Position numbers and translations under genes: made by a program
In this document: positions 1-11,323 of the stretch, piece by piece
Numbering within the stretch: the stretch's first letter is position 1
Layout: each line of letters opens with the position of its first letter
Origin: Octopus bimaculoides
Taxonomy: Eukaryota
Direction of reading: 5' to 3'
Length of the DNA stretch: 44,701 bases
Assembly (NCBI RefSeq): GCF_001194135.2
Contig: NC_068982.1
Location: forward strand, 106,512,629 to 106,557,329
The notes under the pieces: model-generated
Seen by the model: the letters and a program-made list of their open reading frames with translations, nothing else
Told to the model about the DNA's origin: nothing
Database searches by the model: none

Positions 1-26
1 TTTTTGCTGGGGGTGAAAGTGTTAAC

Positions 27-96
27 AAGAACAGGACAATGAGAACAAGACAGTAAAAGACAGTAAGAACAGGACAGTGAGAACAAGATAGTAAAA
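27..96 (+). repeat. Short tandem duplication, 38-bp period
   Basis: AAGAACAGGACAATGAGAACAAGACAGTAAAA (27-58) recurs as AAGAACAGGACAGTGAGAACAAGATAGTAAAA (65-96). Confidence 0.8.
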
Positions 97-194
97 CAAA
101 CAGTGAGGGCTGTTAAGCCAAGACGATAGAAAAATTATTATGAACGCTTAAGATAGACGTGCATGAGAGAAGAGACAGAAAAAATACGTCTTTT

Positions 195-861
195 CTATAT
201 AACAAATGAAAAAATGTATGGCAAAACAACAAACAGCATAACGTATACTGAGTGTACAACTGGATGGGAGACAGAGACAGGAGATCCCTAATTCTTCATC
301 AGTTATCAACCAATTGGTAATACTCAGTTTTGCGCCATTAATGATAAGATTGAGAACTTCCCATATTGGCACCGAGAGTAAACAAAACAAAACAATACAG
401 AGTAGACACACGAAAGTGAATAAATGTGATTGAGGACGATAGACAAAGACGAGATGCATAAGAAGTGAACAAAATACAACCTTAGGGTCAAAAAGACAAG
501 AATAGTGGGTAACATTTAGAAGACATCTTAAAGGATAGAAAGAAGTGAGACAGAGAATTTGCGACTGGTCAACTATGGGACCAGTGTGAGAAAGGGAGAG
601 AAAGCAAGGAAAGCTGGCCACGGTTCACGTGACAGCATCGGGCGAGGAGAAAGAGGGTAAAAGAGAGGGAGAGAGAGCGGCAGAGAGGAAGCAGGGAAAG
701 AAGGAGAAAGAAGGAGAAAGGAGAAAGGCTAGGATTATTACCAATTGGTTGATAACTGATGAAGAACTAGGGAACTTCTGTCTGTCTTCCGTCCAGTTGT
801 AGCCTCAGTATACGCTATGTCGTTTGTTTATTTACCATATATTTTTACATTTATTAAGTAG
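195..861. repeat. Long imperfect inverted repeat (~127-bp arms, ~410-bp spacer); MITE-like or inverted Penelope-type pLTR
   Basis: 195-322 is the reverse complement of 736-861. The core TATTACCAATTGGTTGATAACTGATGAAGAA is identical; the remainder is roughly 80% similar by eye. Confidence 0.85.
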
Positions 862-1532
862 CGGAACGCAACGCACAGAGTATTAAACAGTGAGTTTATA
901 TATATATATATATATATATATNNNNNNNNNNNNNNNNNNNNNNNNNNNNNNNNNNNNNNNNNNNNNNNNNNNNNNNNNNNNNNNNNNNNNNNNNNNNNNN
1001 NNNNNNNNNNNNNNNNNNNNNNNNNNNNNNNNNNNNNNNNNNNNNNNNNNNNNNNNNNNNNNNNNNNNNNNNNNNNNNNNNNNNNNNNNNNNNNNNNNNN
1101 NNNNNNNNNNNNNNNNNNNNNNNNNNNNNNNNNNNNNNNNNNNNNNNNNNNNNNNNNNNNNNNNNNNNNNNNNNNNNNNNATAGATAGATAGATATATAT
1201 ACACACACACACACACACACTGTATATACTCGTGTAAAAGTCGAATTTTTTTACCATATTTTAAGGTCAAATTTATGGGGTCGACTATTAAATGGATACT
1301 ACTTTTGAAGGGCTAAAATTCAAGTTAGAATCCAAAGTACCGTATCAGCAGCAGAAGCCCAACAGATCTCTAAGTGAATAAAAACAAAAACAATGAATTA
1401 CAGTAATATTATCAGTTCTATGCATAAAATGAGGGGCCTAGTAAATAACAAAACCCATAGACAGGACTGCGTAGCTCTCGTGTGCAGTTACCGGTAAATG
1501 TCCATAATGTGATGTAGAGTTGTTTAATGGAG

Positions 1533-1652
1533 CAGGGTTTGCCAAAATGTGTTCTGCAAAACCTCAGGATGCCCTGAAAGTTATCAGGGATTCCACGTTT
1601 TTACAAATAATGTCGAAGGATTCTGCGGTTAAAAAAAGTTTAGGAACCACTG
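1533..1652. mobile_element. hAT-Charlie-like MITE nested in the Tc2-type element
   Basis: Ends CAGGGTTTGCCAAA and TTTAGGAACCACTG (10/14 inverted match) resemble the CAGTGGTTCCCAAA Charlie-type terminus. No 8-bp TSD preserved. Confidence 0.55.
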
Positions 1653-2016
1653 ATCTAGCAATTAACTAAATGTTTTTAGGCTTACCGAAGTCACGCCCCT
1701 GTACGAATTCATACAGTGGTGTTTGCTGTTGTTCGCCGATAGTGCTGTCTGTGCAACACGTTTCTCACCATGTAAACAGACAAGCGTAAGGCGCATGCAT
1801 TTATTGTATTTGGAGATGAGGAAAATATAACGGTCGCGTGAGAACCACTGATCTAGCGATTAATTGAATGTTTTTAGTCTTACCAAAGTCATGCCTTTGT
1901 ACGAATTCAGACAGTGGCGTTTGCCAGTATTCGCCAATAGTGCTGTCTGTGAAACACGTTTCTCGCCAGGTAAACAACGAGTGTATGACGCATATGTTTA
2001 TTGTGCTTCAAGATAT
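1644..2016 (+). repeat. Diverged direct duplication, 198-bp period
   Basis: GAACCACTGATCTAGC...GTACGAATTCA...ATAGTGCTGTCTGTG.AACACGTTTCTC.CCA.GTAAACA starts at both 1644 and 1842. Confidence 0.85.
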
Positions 2017-2384
2017 GTATGCTGGCTTGCAGCATATCCTGTGCATACATTTTAGTAATGGTAATATAGCAGCCATCAACAGATGTGTAGTGCTCGCTAT
2101 TAAATGGTGTTTTACTATAAGCACCGAACGTTCTTTTATAAGCACCAAGCATTCTACCTACAGTAGGCTACAGTAAGGTAACCACACAATTTTGTTATGG
2201 TGTTATTTCTACTTAGAGGATAGTACGGTACTTTGGCCCACAAATGTTATCCTATTGTTCATGAAATAATAGGGTTGACTTATATACGGGGTCTATGTAA
2301 AATTGCCAAAGTTTGTCTCCAATTCGGGGATCGGGCTTTACATGAGATCGACTATTACTTGAGTATATACGGTATGTGTATGTG

Positions 2385-2423
<39 letters not shown>

Positions 2424-3029
2424 NNNNNNNNNNNNNNNNNNNNNNNNNNNNNNNNNNNNNNNNNNNNNNNNNNNNNNNNNNNNNNNNNNNNNNNNNNNNN
2501 NNNNNNNNNNNNNNNNNNNNNNNNNNNNNNNNNNNNNNNNNNNNNNNNNNNNNNNNNNNNNNNNNNNNNNNNNNNNNNNNNNNNNNNNNNNNNNNNNNNN
2601 NNNNNNNNNNNNNNNNNNNNNNNNNNNNNNNNNNNNNNNNNNNNNNNNNNNNNNNNNNNNNNNNNNNNNNNNNNNNNNNNNNNNNNNNNNNNNNNNNNNN
2701 NNNNNNNNNNNNNNNNNNNNNNNNNNNNNNNNNNNNNNNNNNNNNNNNNNNNNNNNNNNNNNNNNNNNNNNNNNNNNNNNNNNNNNNNNNNNNNNNNNNN
2801 NNNNNNNNNNNNNNNNNNNNNNNNNNNNNNNNNNNNNNNNNNNNNATATATATAGGTTTATATATGTATGTACACACAGACACGCACGTACTCTCACACG
2901 TTTACGTGCGTGTCAGTATTTTTGTTGATGGTAATGATATTCACAGTTGTAGCCGTTGTGATTATTGGTGGTAAGAGTGGGTGCATGTGTCACGATGATT
3001 GCAATGAGAAATATCTGTGGAGATATTGG

Positions 3030-3170
3030 TCCTGCAGTAGTTGTAGATACCGTTCTTGTTGTTGTTGCTGTTGTTATTCGTATTCTTGGTTTCCATCATC
3101 ATCATCATCATCGTCATCTTTTTCTGCTGTTGCTTCTGCTGCTGCTGCTACCACTGCTGTTTCTTGTCAG
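3030..3170. repeat. Mixed trinucleotide low-complexity tract (GTT/CAT/CTG)
   Basis: Direct reading of sequence. Confidence 0.8.
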
Positions 3171-3617
3171 TGTTATCAGCGGTTGGTTTATTAAATCCCG
3201 TTTTAATATTACTCGACGACAAGTGCTGCACTTGAAACCTTTCAGATGCAGGGATTGCTGAGATTATACGAAGTCAATAGTTTAACGAAGTGTCAACTTA
3301 GAAGAGATCTTGTCTCTTGTCCCTCCAATACAAGCGGCATTTACATTAACAAGACCAGGGTTTATTTCGATGCTGATTACCACAAACCTATGACTTCTAA
3401 TCTTTTCATCTTTCTGGATCTCTCTCTCCCTCTCTCTCTCTCTCTTTCTCTCTCTTTCTCTCGTTGGATATACTCTGATAGTTGATAGAGAAGGTCAACT
3501 ATAGTCATCTTCTCAATGACATTTCATAATGATTGTAGTCTTTAAAAGAACAAGCAGATAGGTTTGTTTTTTTGGTAGAGGTGGGGGTACTAATTTTTAA
3601 ATTTTAGATAAGTTAAA

Positions 3618-3779
3618 GTGTGACAGTGTAGGTAAGAAGCTTGCTTGCCAACAATGTGGTCGTGCGTTCAGTCACACTGTACGGCTTCTTAGGTAAGTGT
3701 CTTGCACTAAAGCCCCTGGTCGGCCAAAGATTTGAGAGTGGATTTGGTAGACGGAATCTGAAGAAGAAAAAAACCCATG

Positions 3780-3827
<48 letters not shown>

Positions 3828-4805
3828 NNNNNNNNNNNNNNNNNNNNNNNNNNNNNNNNNNNNNNNNNNNNNNNNNNNNNNNNNNNNNNNNNNNNNNNNN
3901 NNNNNNNNNNNNNNNNNNNNNNNNNNNNNNNNNNNNNNNNNNNNNNNNNNNNNNNNNNNNNNNNNNNNNNNNNNNNNNNNNNNNNNNNNNNNNNNNNNNN
4001 NNNNNNNNNNNNNNNNNNNNNNNNNNNNNNNNNNNNNNNNNNNNNNNNNNNNNNNNNNNNNNNNNNNNNNNNNNNNNNNNNNNNNNNNNNNNNNNNNNNN
4101 NNNNNNNNNNNNNNNNNNNNNNNNNNNNNNNNNNNNNNNNNNNNNNNNNNNNNNNNNNNNNNNNNNNNNNNNNNNNNNNNNNNNNNNNNNNNNNNNNNNN
4201 NNNNNNNNNNNNNNNNNNNNNNNNNNNNNNNNNNNNNNNNNNNNNNNNNNNNNNNNNNNNNNNNNNNNNNNNNNNNNNNNNNNNNNNNNNNNNNNNNNNN
4301 NNNNNNNNNNNNNNNNNNNNNNNNNNNNNNNNNNNNNNNNNNNNNNNNNNNNNNNNNNNNNNNNNNNNNNNNNNNNNNNNNNNNNNNNNNNNNNNNNNNN
4401 NNNNNNNNNNNNNNNNNNNNNNNNNNNNNNNNNNNNNNNNNNNNNNNNNNNNNNNNNNNNNNNNNNNNNNNNNNNNNNNNNNNNNNNNNNNNNNNNNNNN
4501 NNNNNNNNNNNNNNNNNNNNNNNNNNNNNNNNNNNNNNNNNNNNNNNNNNNNNNNNNNNNNNNNNNNNNNNNNNNNNNNNNNNNNNNNNNNNNNNNNNNN
4601 NNNNNNNNNNNNNNNNNNNNNNNNNNNNNNNNNNNNNNNNNNNNNNNNNNNNNNNNNNNNNNNNNNNNNNNNNNNNNNNNNNNNNNNNNNNNNNNNNNNN
4701 NNNNNNNNNNNNNNNNNNNNNNNNNNNNNNNNNNNNNNNNNNNNNNNNNNNNNNNNNNNNNNNNNNNNNNNNNNNNNNNNNNNNNNNNNNNNNNNNNNNN
4801 NNNNN

Positions 4806-4843
<38 letters not shown>

Positions 4844-5029
4844 TGTGTGTGTGTGTTTGTGCGTGTGCGTGCCCTGATTTTTGTGCTTGTCAAACTTACC
4901 CCTGACAACCGGTTTTGTTTGTTTGTTTATGTCCACCATAGGGAACGATAGACTAAATACCAAGACAACAGTAAGTACCAAGATCAATTTCTGCGACTAA
5001 ACCCTCTAGAAACAAGTAAAACATAAAAA
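3618..5029 (+). mobile_element. tRNA-derived SINE family B, with an internal (TG)n/(TA)n microsatellite spanning a gap
   Basis: Head ...GGTAAGAAGCTTGCTT...GTTCAGTCACACTG...GAGTGGATTTGGTAGACGGAA (3618-3780), then (TG)n, gap and (TA)n. A degenerate tail ending CGACTAAA...GAAACAAGTAAAA resembles the tails at 29130-29290 and 39043-39240. Confidence 0.7.
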
Positions 5030-5122
5030 TAGCATAAGTGGAGTTTAAATCACAACTGGACAGTGTGTTGTAACCTTGACCATTTCTCTTGGTTGAGTTT
5101 ACTCAGCTGAGTCCTGATTCAT

Positions 5123-5145
5123 CTCTCTCTCTTTCTTTCTTTCTT

Positions 5146-5186
<41 letters not shown>

Positions 5187-5235
5187 CTCTATCTATCTAT
5201 CTCTCCTTCTCTTCCTCTCGCCCTCCCTCTCTCTC
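5123..5235. repeat. (CT)n/(CTAT)n microsatellite
   Basis: Direct reading. Confidence 0.9.
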
Positions 5236-5400
5236 CCTTTCTGTTTCTCTCACTTACTCTCTCGCATTCTATCGCTTCCTGGATGTGCCGCCGAGTCAAG
5301 CACCCAAAAGACTAATAGGCACCTAAAATGGTGCATGTTACCAAACCATATCCTCATGCGACTGATGACTATCTATATGGCGTATAAAAGAGAATAATAA

Positions 5401-5588
5401 TGGTTTCATATTTTGGCACTTAGCCAGCAATATCGGGGAGGGGTAAGTCGATTATATTGACCCCAGTTTATTTTATCGACCCTAAAAGAATGAAGGGTAG
5501 AAGTGACCCCGGCGGAATTTGAACTCAGAACGGACGAAATGCCGCTAAGTATTTTTCTAGCGTGTTAACGATTCTGCCAGCTCACCGC
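5401..5588 (-). mobile_element. tRNA-derived SINE family A
   Basis: Reverse complement reads GCGGTGAGCTGGCAGAATCGTTAACACGC...GTTCTGAGTTCAAATTCCGCC (B-box-like)...GGGTCGATAAAAT...GTGCCAAAATATGAAACC, homologous to the other A copies. Confidence 0.9.
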
Positions 5589-5654
5589 TAAACAAATGAA
5601 AATAATAATGAATAATATTCATTTATTCATATCTCATAATAGAACCAGTGTATA

Positions 5655-5768
5655 CGGTACAGTATGGCTGAATGGCTGAGACGTTCGTTTCGTAACCACG
5701 AAGTCTCGAGCTCGGTCCCACTGCGTACCATCTTGGCCAAATGTTATTTTCTACAGCCTTGAGTCGAT
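5655..5768 (+). mobile_element. Degenerate SINE family B head
   Basis: GGCTGAATGG...GGTCCCACTGCGTACCATCTTGGCCAAATGTTATTTTCTACAGCCTTGAG resembles the B head at 3618. Confidence 0.55.
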
Positions 5769-6591
5769 CGTTAAACCATTTGAGTGAAATTTGGTTGGCA
5801 AAAACCATAGAGGTCCCCCAAATGGTATATACCTTTAGTTTAAAGGAAACGTCCTTCACGCTAATTCTACCTGAAAGTTACATAAAGAGTCCACGTGCCT
5901 ATGGAATGCTCAGCTACTTACATGTTAATTCAGAAGCAAGTAATTCAGCTGATTGAACAATTAAATTCTCGTCGTCGCACGACGTAGATCCACGACCAGA
6001 ATCAGTGCTACTCTAAAGTTATTTAAATTTAAGCTGTGATCTGCATTTGATAATGGATTTCGATTCCAGATTGTAAACTATTTCTCTTCGCATTTCTGCT
6101 TTTTCGTCTTCTTCCTCCTCTACTTTTTTTCCTATTTTCCTCTCTTAATCCTTCTGCTCATTCTCATTGCTAATACTCTATCTAGAGAAATGCATGAACA
6201 TCGAACACTCCTTGGAGTCTTGTCTCTTCAGAAAAATTCACTGCAGTGTGTCAGGTAACGAGCCAAAGAAAAGTTTGGTGGTGTGTGTGTGCTCTGGCAC
6301 CTGCGCTGCATGGACCACTGACAAGAGTCGATTATCAACAGAACAGTAGACTTGACTGAAAGAAGACCCAATGGCGGAGAACAGTCCTCTATTGTAAACA
6401 GTATATTAGTTGATTGGCATGTGTTTCAATAGCTCAGCCTACCCTGCTCAGATCATACTGAGGACAAGACACCGTTGTTCTCCGTCAAAGGGCGTGATAC
6501 AGCAGTTGAGGAGAGAATGTTAGAGTTTCTGTTGTTCCGTCCTTTATCGTCGTTTAATAGCTATGACAAACCAATAAGGAAACCTCTATGA

Positions 6592-6635
<44 letters not shown>

Positions 6636-7309
6636 NNNNNNNNNNNNNNNNNNNNNNNNNNNNNNNNNNNNNNNNNNNNNNNNNNNNNNNNNNNNNNNNN
6701 NNNNNNNNNNNNNNNNNNNNNNNNNNNNNNNNNNNNNNNNNNNNNNNNNNNNNNNNNNNNNNNNNNNNNNNNNNNNNNNNNNNNNNNNNNNNNNNNNNNN
6801 NNNNNNNNNNNNNNNNNNNNNNNNNNNNNNNNNNNNNNNNNNNNNNNNNNNNNNNNNNNNNNNNNNNNNNNNNNNNNNNNNNNNNNNNNNNNNNNNNNNN
6901 NNNNNNNNNNNNNNNNNNNNNNNNNNNNNNNNNNNNNNNNNNNNNNNNNNNNNNNNNNNNNNNNNNNNNNNNNNNNNNNNNNNNNNNNNNNNNNNNNNNN
7001 NNNNNNNNNNNNNNNNNNNNNNNNNNNNNNNNNNNNNNNNNNNNNNNNNNNNNNNNNNNNNNNNNNNNNNNNNNNNNNNNNNNNNNNNNNNNNNNNNNNN
7101 NNNNNNNNNNNNNNNNNNNNNNNNNNNNNNNNNNNNNNNNNNNNNNNNNNNNNNNNNNNNNNNNNNNNNNNNNNNNNNNNNNNNNNNNNNNNNNNNNNNN
7201 NNNNNNNNNNNNNNNNNNNNNNNNNNNGGAAGTGGAACAAGGAGGAAGGGACAGAAGGGTATAGCAGTGAAGTAGAGGCCAGGACAGAGGTATAGATAGA
7301 AAGATGGAG

Positions 7310-7385
7310 GAAGACAGATAGATAAATAGATAGAAAGATAGATAGATAGATAGACAGATAGATAGATAGATAGATAGAAAGATAG
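7310..7385. repeat. (GATA)n microsatellite
   Basis: Direct reading. Confidence 0.9.
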
Positions 7386-7502
7386 TCACGTCAGAATAAT
7401 AGTAGACTTACTTGTAAAATAGGACGTGTGCGTTCAATAATGTAATAATACAAAGAATATATATACATGTATACACACATATATGTACATACTTACATCT
7501 AC

Positions 7503-7535
<33 letters not shown>

Positions 7536-7543
7536 TACATATA

Positions 7544-7983
7544 CAAGCTGCAATGGCTAAATTGTCGCCATTTTATATTTTTTATTTCGCGCATGCGTAT
7601 TGTGTCTTTTTGATCTTGCCAACTACACAGCATAGTACGGTCAGTTGGGCACCGTCTGTGAGAAAAACGGTGCCATGACGCAATTCACTTTGCCAGAAAT
7701 TTGGAAACGACATGCTGTACTGCTTGGCATTCGCACCGAAAGCTCCAATACGAACATTTCAGAGTATTTGGGTGTCAATCTGAGGACATTGCAATCTGAG
7801 GACAAGTACCGAGAGTGATAAAAATCAAACATCCAGTTACCATGGTGTTTGGAGTGATCACTAGTAATGACGACGTTATGCCTCCATTCATCTTCTCACA
7901 CGGCCTCACACTCAACCCGGGAGGCCTACATCAAGCGCCTGGAGCATGTAGTGCTGCTCTGGGTCAAGAAAGTGGCTGCTGGA
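7544..7983 (+). mobile_element. Internally deleted, 3'-truncated Tc1/mariner (maT/ITm-like) transposase remnant
   Basis: TA-CAAGCTG left end. ATG at 7675 reads MTQFTLPEIWKRHAVLLGIRTESSNTNISEYLGVNLRTLQ (HTH-like). After a junction it reads KHPVTMVFGVITSNDDVMPPFIFSHGLTLN.EAYIKRLEHVVLLWVKKVAAG, typical of the IS630-Tc1-mariner catalytic-domain region. Confidence 0.75.
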
Positions 7984-8770
7984 GGAGTAATGGTCACGAG
8001 TCGAATGTATTTTAATATGGGTCTGCTTGATAAAAATAACAACAGGGCCTTCGTGATGACTCATGAAACTCCATCAAGAGACTCTGTTAACTGTGAGTTT
8101 GGGAAACGGTTAAGTATGTGGTCGCAAAACTGGAAACGATAGAGAAGAAGAAACAACAACAACAACAATTTGATAATGACACTAATGATGATGTTGATGA
8201 TTATGCTGATGAGGAGGAGGAGACTGATGACAGAGAAGACATATGGTCATCCCATCGGTATCCAATGTGCTCTTCCATCTCGCAGACAGGAGAAGGGAGA
8301 TTTGACTGCTAATTCTGGCAAGTTGATAGACCACGTATGGGGTTCCATGTTAACTGACAATGATGATGATGATGATGGTAGTGGTGTTAGTGGTGGTGGT
8401 GATCGTGGTGGTGATGGTCGTGATCGCGGTAGAAGAGCGAAGTAGAAAACAAATGAAACAAAGAGAGGGAAGTCTGTGAGAAATAAATAAATGAATAAGT
8501 AAATAAATAAATAAATGAATAACAACAACAACAACAATAACAACTACAACAATAATAATTATAATGATTTCTTTATTAACCACAAAGGGTTTACATGAAA
8601 AAAAGCATTATGGACACACAGGTCAAATACAATTGGGTGTTACATGAAAGTCGCGTGGTAGTGATGGTGATGATGGTGGCAGTAGTGGTGATGTGGTAGC
8701 GATAGTAGTGATGGTAGCTGTCGTTGCTGTTGTTGTTGTTGTTGTTGTTATCGTTGGGAGATGGGTAGAA

Positions 8771-8948
8771 ATGGGGGAAGAGACTAGTCGATTCCATCGA
8801 CCCCAGTATTTCCCTGATACTTAATTTATCGACCCCGAAAGGATGAAAGGTAAAGTCGACCCGGCGGAATTTGAGCTGAGAACGCAGCGACGGGCGAAAT
8901 ACCGCTAAGCATTTCGTCCAGCGTGCTAACGATTCTGCCAGCTCACCA
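8771..8948 (-). mobile_element. SINE family A
   Basis: Homologous to other A copies (TTTATCGACCCCGAAAGGATGAAAGG...AATACCGCTAAGCATTTCG...GATTCTGCCAGCTCACC); the head abuts an (AAT)n tract. Confidence 0.92.
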
Positions 8949-8949
8949 C

Positions 8950-8950
<1 letters not shown>

Positions 8951-9003
<53 letters not shown>
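8951..9003. repeat. (AAT)n microsatellite
   Basis: Direct reading; about 17 units. Confidence 0.95.
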
Positions 9004-9005
<2 letters not shown>

Positions 9006-9722
9006 AAGATCAAAGCCTTTCCACCAGAAATTACCAAAAACGTAAATAAAAGAAATACAAGTAACTGCAGAATATGTGGAGATGGAGAAGAAACAATAAA
9101 TTATATTGCCCAGTCCTGGCTAAGAAGGAATATATTCACAGACACGACAAAGTTGGGACCTGTATATACTGGAAGCTATGCCAACACTATGGAAGAACAA
9201 CAGAAAAAGATGGTATAGGCACACGCCAGAAAAGGTCACAGAAAATGAGAAAGCAGCCATACTGTGGTATATGCCAATACACACAGATAGAGAAATTAAG
9301 GCCAATAGGCCGGATATAGTTGTCAGAGATCACTAAGAAAAAAATGCTTTCTAATCGATGTATCTATACCAACAGATGACAATGTTTCTCTAAAAGAAAC
9401 AGAGAAACTTTCAAAATACAAGGATTCAGAAATAGAGATAATTTGAATGTGTAGTCGAAAAACAGAAACAATTCCTATCATAGTGGGCGCATTAGGTATG
9501 ATAAAAAATATTCAGACAAATACACAACAAAAACACCAGGACTAACAAGTATATATAACATAAAGAAAATAGCTGTACTAGGCACCACACACATCCTACG
9601 TAAAACACTTTCAATACAGTTAAAATAAGAACATCACAACAAACCACAGCACATACCCAAGGCACACAGAGCTGCGCTCAGTAGTGCAGTGAAAGCACGT
9701 GATAAAAATAAGACTACTGAAT
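9002..9722 (+). mobile_element. 5'-truncated non-LTR retrotransposon, RLE clade (R4/Dong-like): CCHC finger, restriction-like endonuclease and 3' UTR
   Basis: Through frameshifts and stops: IQDQSLSTRNYQK...CRICGDGEETIN...CPVLAKKEYIHRHDKVG...ILWYMPIHTDREIKANRPDIVVRDH...CFLIDVSIPTDDNVSLKETEKLSKYKD...IPIIVGALG...KIAVLGTTHILRKTLSIQ, stop at 9626-9628. The CCHC plus PD-D-K pattern is diagnostic. Confidence 0.9.
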
Positions 9723-10167
9723 AATACAAACAGACAGAAAAATCGAGCAGATATTGTAATCAAGGACTACAACAGAGGAACTTGTCTGTTAATAGATATG
9801 ACTGTCCCACAAGATCAAAGTGTCTCAAGAAAGGAATACGAAAAGCTTTCTCACTATAAAGGTCTACAAATTGAAATCACAAAAATGTAGAAGCTTAGTA
9901 CTACAATAACAGCATTAATAATTGGTGCGTTGCAAATGATAAAGAAGGGAGCTGAGAAATATATTAAGCAACTCCCTGATAACTCCAATCTCCATGAACT
10001 ACAAAAGATAACCCTTGATGAGTACAGCCCATATACTACGGAAAGCACTCTCCATCTAAAATGGAATAAATGTAGTAATAATTTTAGCATGCATAGCAAA
10101 ACGCTGCCTCCGGAGGATGCCCGGTACTAAGGCAGCTGAAATAAAGTTATAGTGAAAGAAAACTATA
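9723..10167 (+). mobile_element. Second, divergent RLE-LINE 3' fragment
   Basis: QTDRK..ADIVIKDYNRGTCLLIDMTVPQDQSVSRKEYEKLSHYKGLQIEITKM*KLSTTITALIIGALQMIKKG...ELQKITL..STAHILRKALSI*. It has its own 3' UTR and ends in (AAT)n. Confidence 0.85.
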
Positions 10168-10220
<53 letters not shown>

Positions 10221-10246
10221 TAATAATAATAATAATAATAATAATA
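10168..10246. repeat. (AAT)n microsatellite
   Basis: Direct reading. Confidence 0.95.
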
Positions 10247-10369
10247 TGCCCGGATGCAGTACTAGGCAGTGGCTTTCATGGCTTCTCATCTTAACTGATT
10301 GGAAGTGTTATCATGTACATTGTTTTGTCTTGGTATAAAAGATGGGCTATGGCAAATATTCTGCTCAAT
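10246..10369. repeat. Probable interspersed repeat starting directly after (AAT)n, truncated by a gap
   Basis: Complex sequence ATGCCCGGATGCAGTACTAGGCAGTGGC... abuts the TAA tract. I recall it as an abundant octopus repeat but cannot verify this here. Confidence 0.4.
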
Positions 10370-11323
10370 NNNNNNNNNNNNNNNNNNNNNNNNNNNNNNN
10401 NNNNNNNNNNNNNNNNNNNNNNNNNNNNNNNNNNNNNNNNNNNNNNNNNNNNNNNNNNNNNNNNNNNNNNNNNNNNNNNNNNNNNNNNNNNNNNNNNNNN
10501 NNNNNNNNNNNNNNNNNNNNNNNNNNNNNNNNNNNNNNNNNNNNNNNNNNNNNNNNNNNNNNNNNNNNNNNNNNNNNNNNNNNNNNNNNNNNNNNNNNNN
10601 NNNNNNNNNNNNNNNNNNNNNNNNNNNNNNNNNNNNNNNNNNNNNNNNNNNNNNNNNNNNNNNNNNNNNNNNNNNNNNNNNNNNNNNNNNNNNNNNNNNN
10701 NNNNNNNNNNNNNNNNNNNNNNNNNNNNNNNNNNNNNNNNNNNNNNNNNNNNNNNNNNNNNNNNNNNNNNNNNNNNNNNNNNNNNNNNNNNNNNNNNNNN
10801 NNNNNNNNNNNNNNNNNNNNNNNNNNNNNNNNNNNNNNNNNNNNNNNNNNNNNNNNNNNNNNNNNNNNNNNNNNNNNNNNNNNNNNNNNNNNNNNNNNNN
10901 NNNNNNNNNNNNNNNNNNNNNNNNNNNNNNNNNNNNNNNNNNNNNNNNNNNNNNNNNNNNNNNNNNNNNNNNNNNNNNNNNNNNNNNNNNNNNNNNNNNN
11001 NNNNNNNNNNNNNNNNNNNNNNNNNNNNNNNNNNNNNNNNNNNNNNNNNNNNNNNNNNNNNNNNNNNNNNNNNNNNNNNNNNNNNNNNNNNNNNNNNNNN
11101 NNNNNNNNNNNNNNNNNNNNNNNNNNNNNNNNNNNNNNNNNNNNNNNNNNNNNNNNNNNNNNNNNNNNNNNNNNNNNNNNNNNNNNNNNNNNNNNNNNNN
11201 NNNNNNNNNNNNNNNNNNNNNNNNNNNNNNNNNNNNNNNNNNNNNNNNNNNNNNNNNNNNNNNNNNNNNNNNNNNNNNNNNNNNNNNNNNNNNNNNNNNN
11301 NNNNNNNNNNNNNNNNNNNNNNN

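Larger units (their letters stand above)
1220..2372. mobile_element. Non-autonomous TcMar-Tc2/pogo-type DNA transposon
   Basis: 25-bp TIRs CTGTATATACTCGTGTAAAAGTCGA (1220-1244) and TCGACTATTACTTGAGTATATACGG (2348-2372) match 21/25. TA follows the right end. The CCGTA-type terminus is typical of Tc2/Kanga-like elements. No transposase seen. Confidence 0.8.

Noticed and set aside
741-800. Hammerhead ribozyme at CTGATGA (756), and the mirrored copy on the minus strand near 300
   Set aside because: No GAAA after a stem II and no NUH cleavage site in the required geometry.
6240-6560. Possible LTR-like segment
   Set aside because: No second copy, TG...CA boundaries or TSD identifiable in the window.
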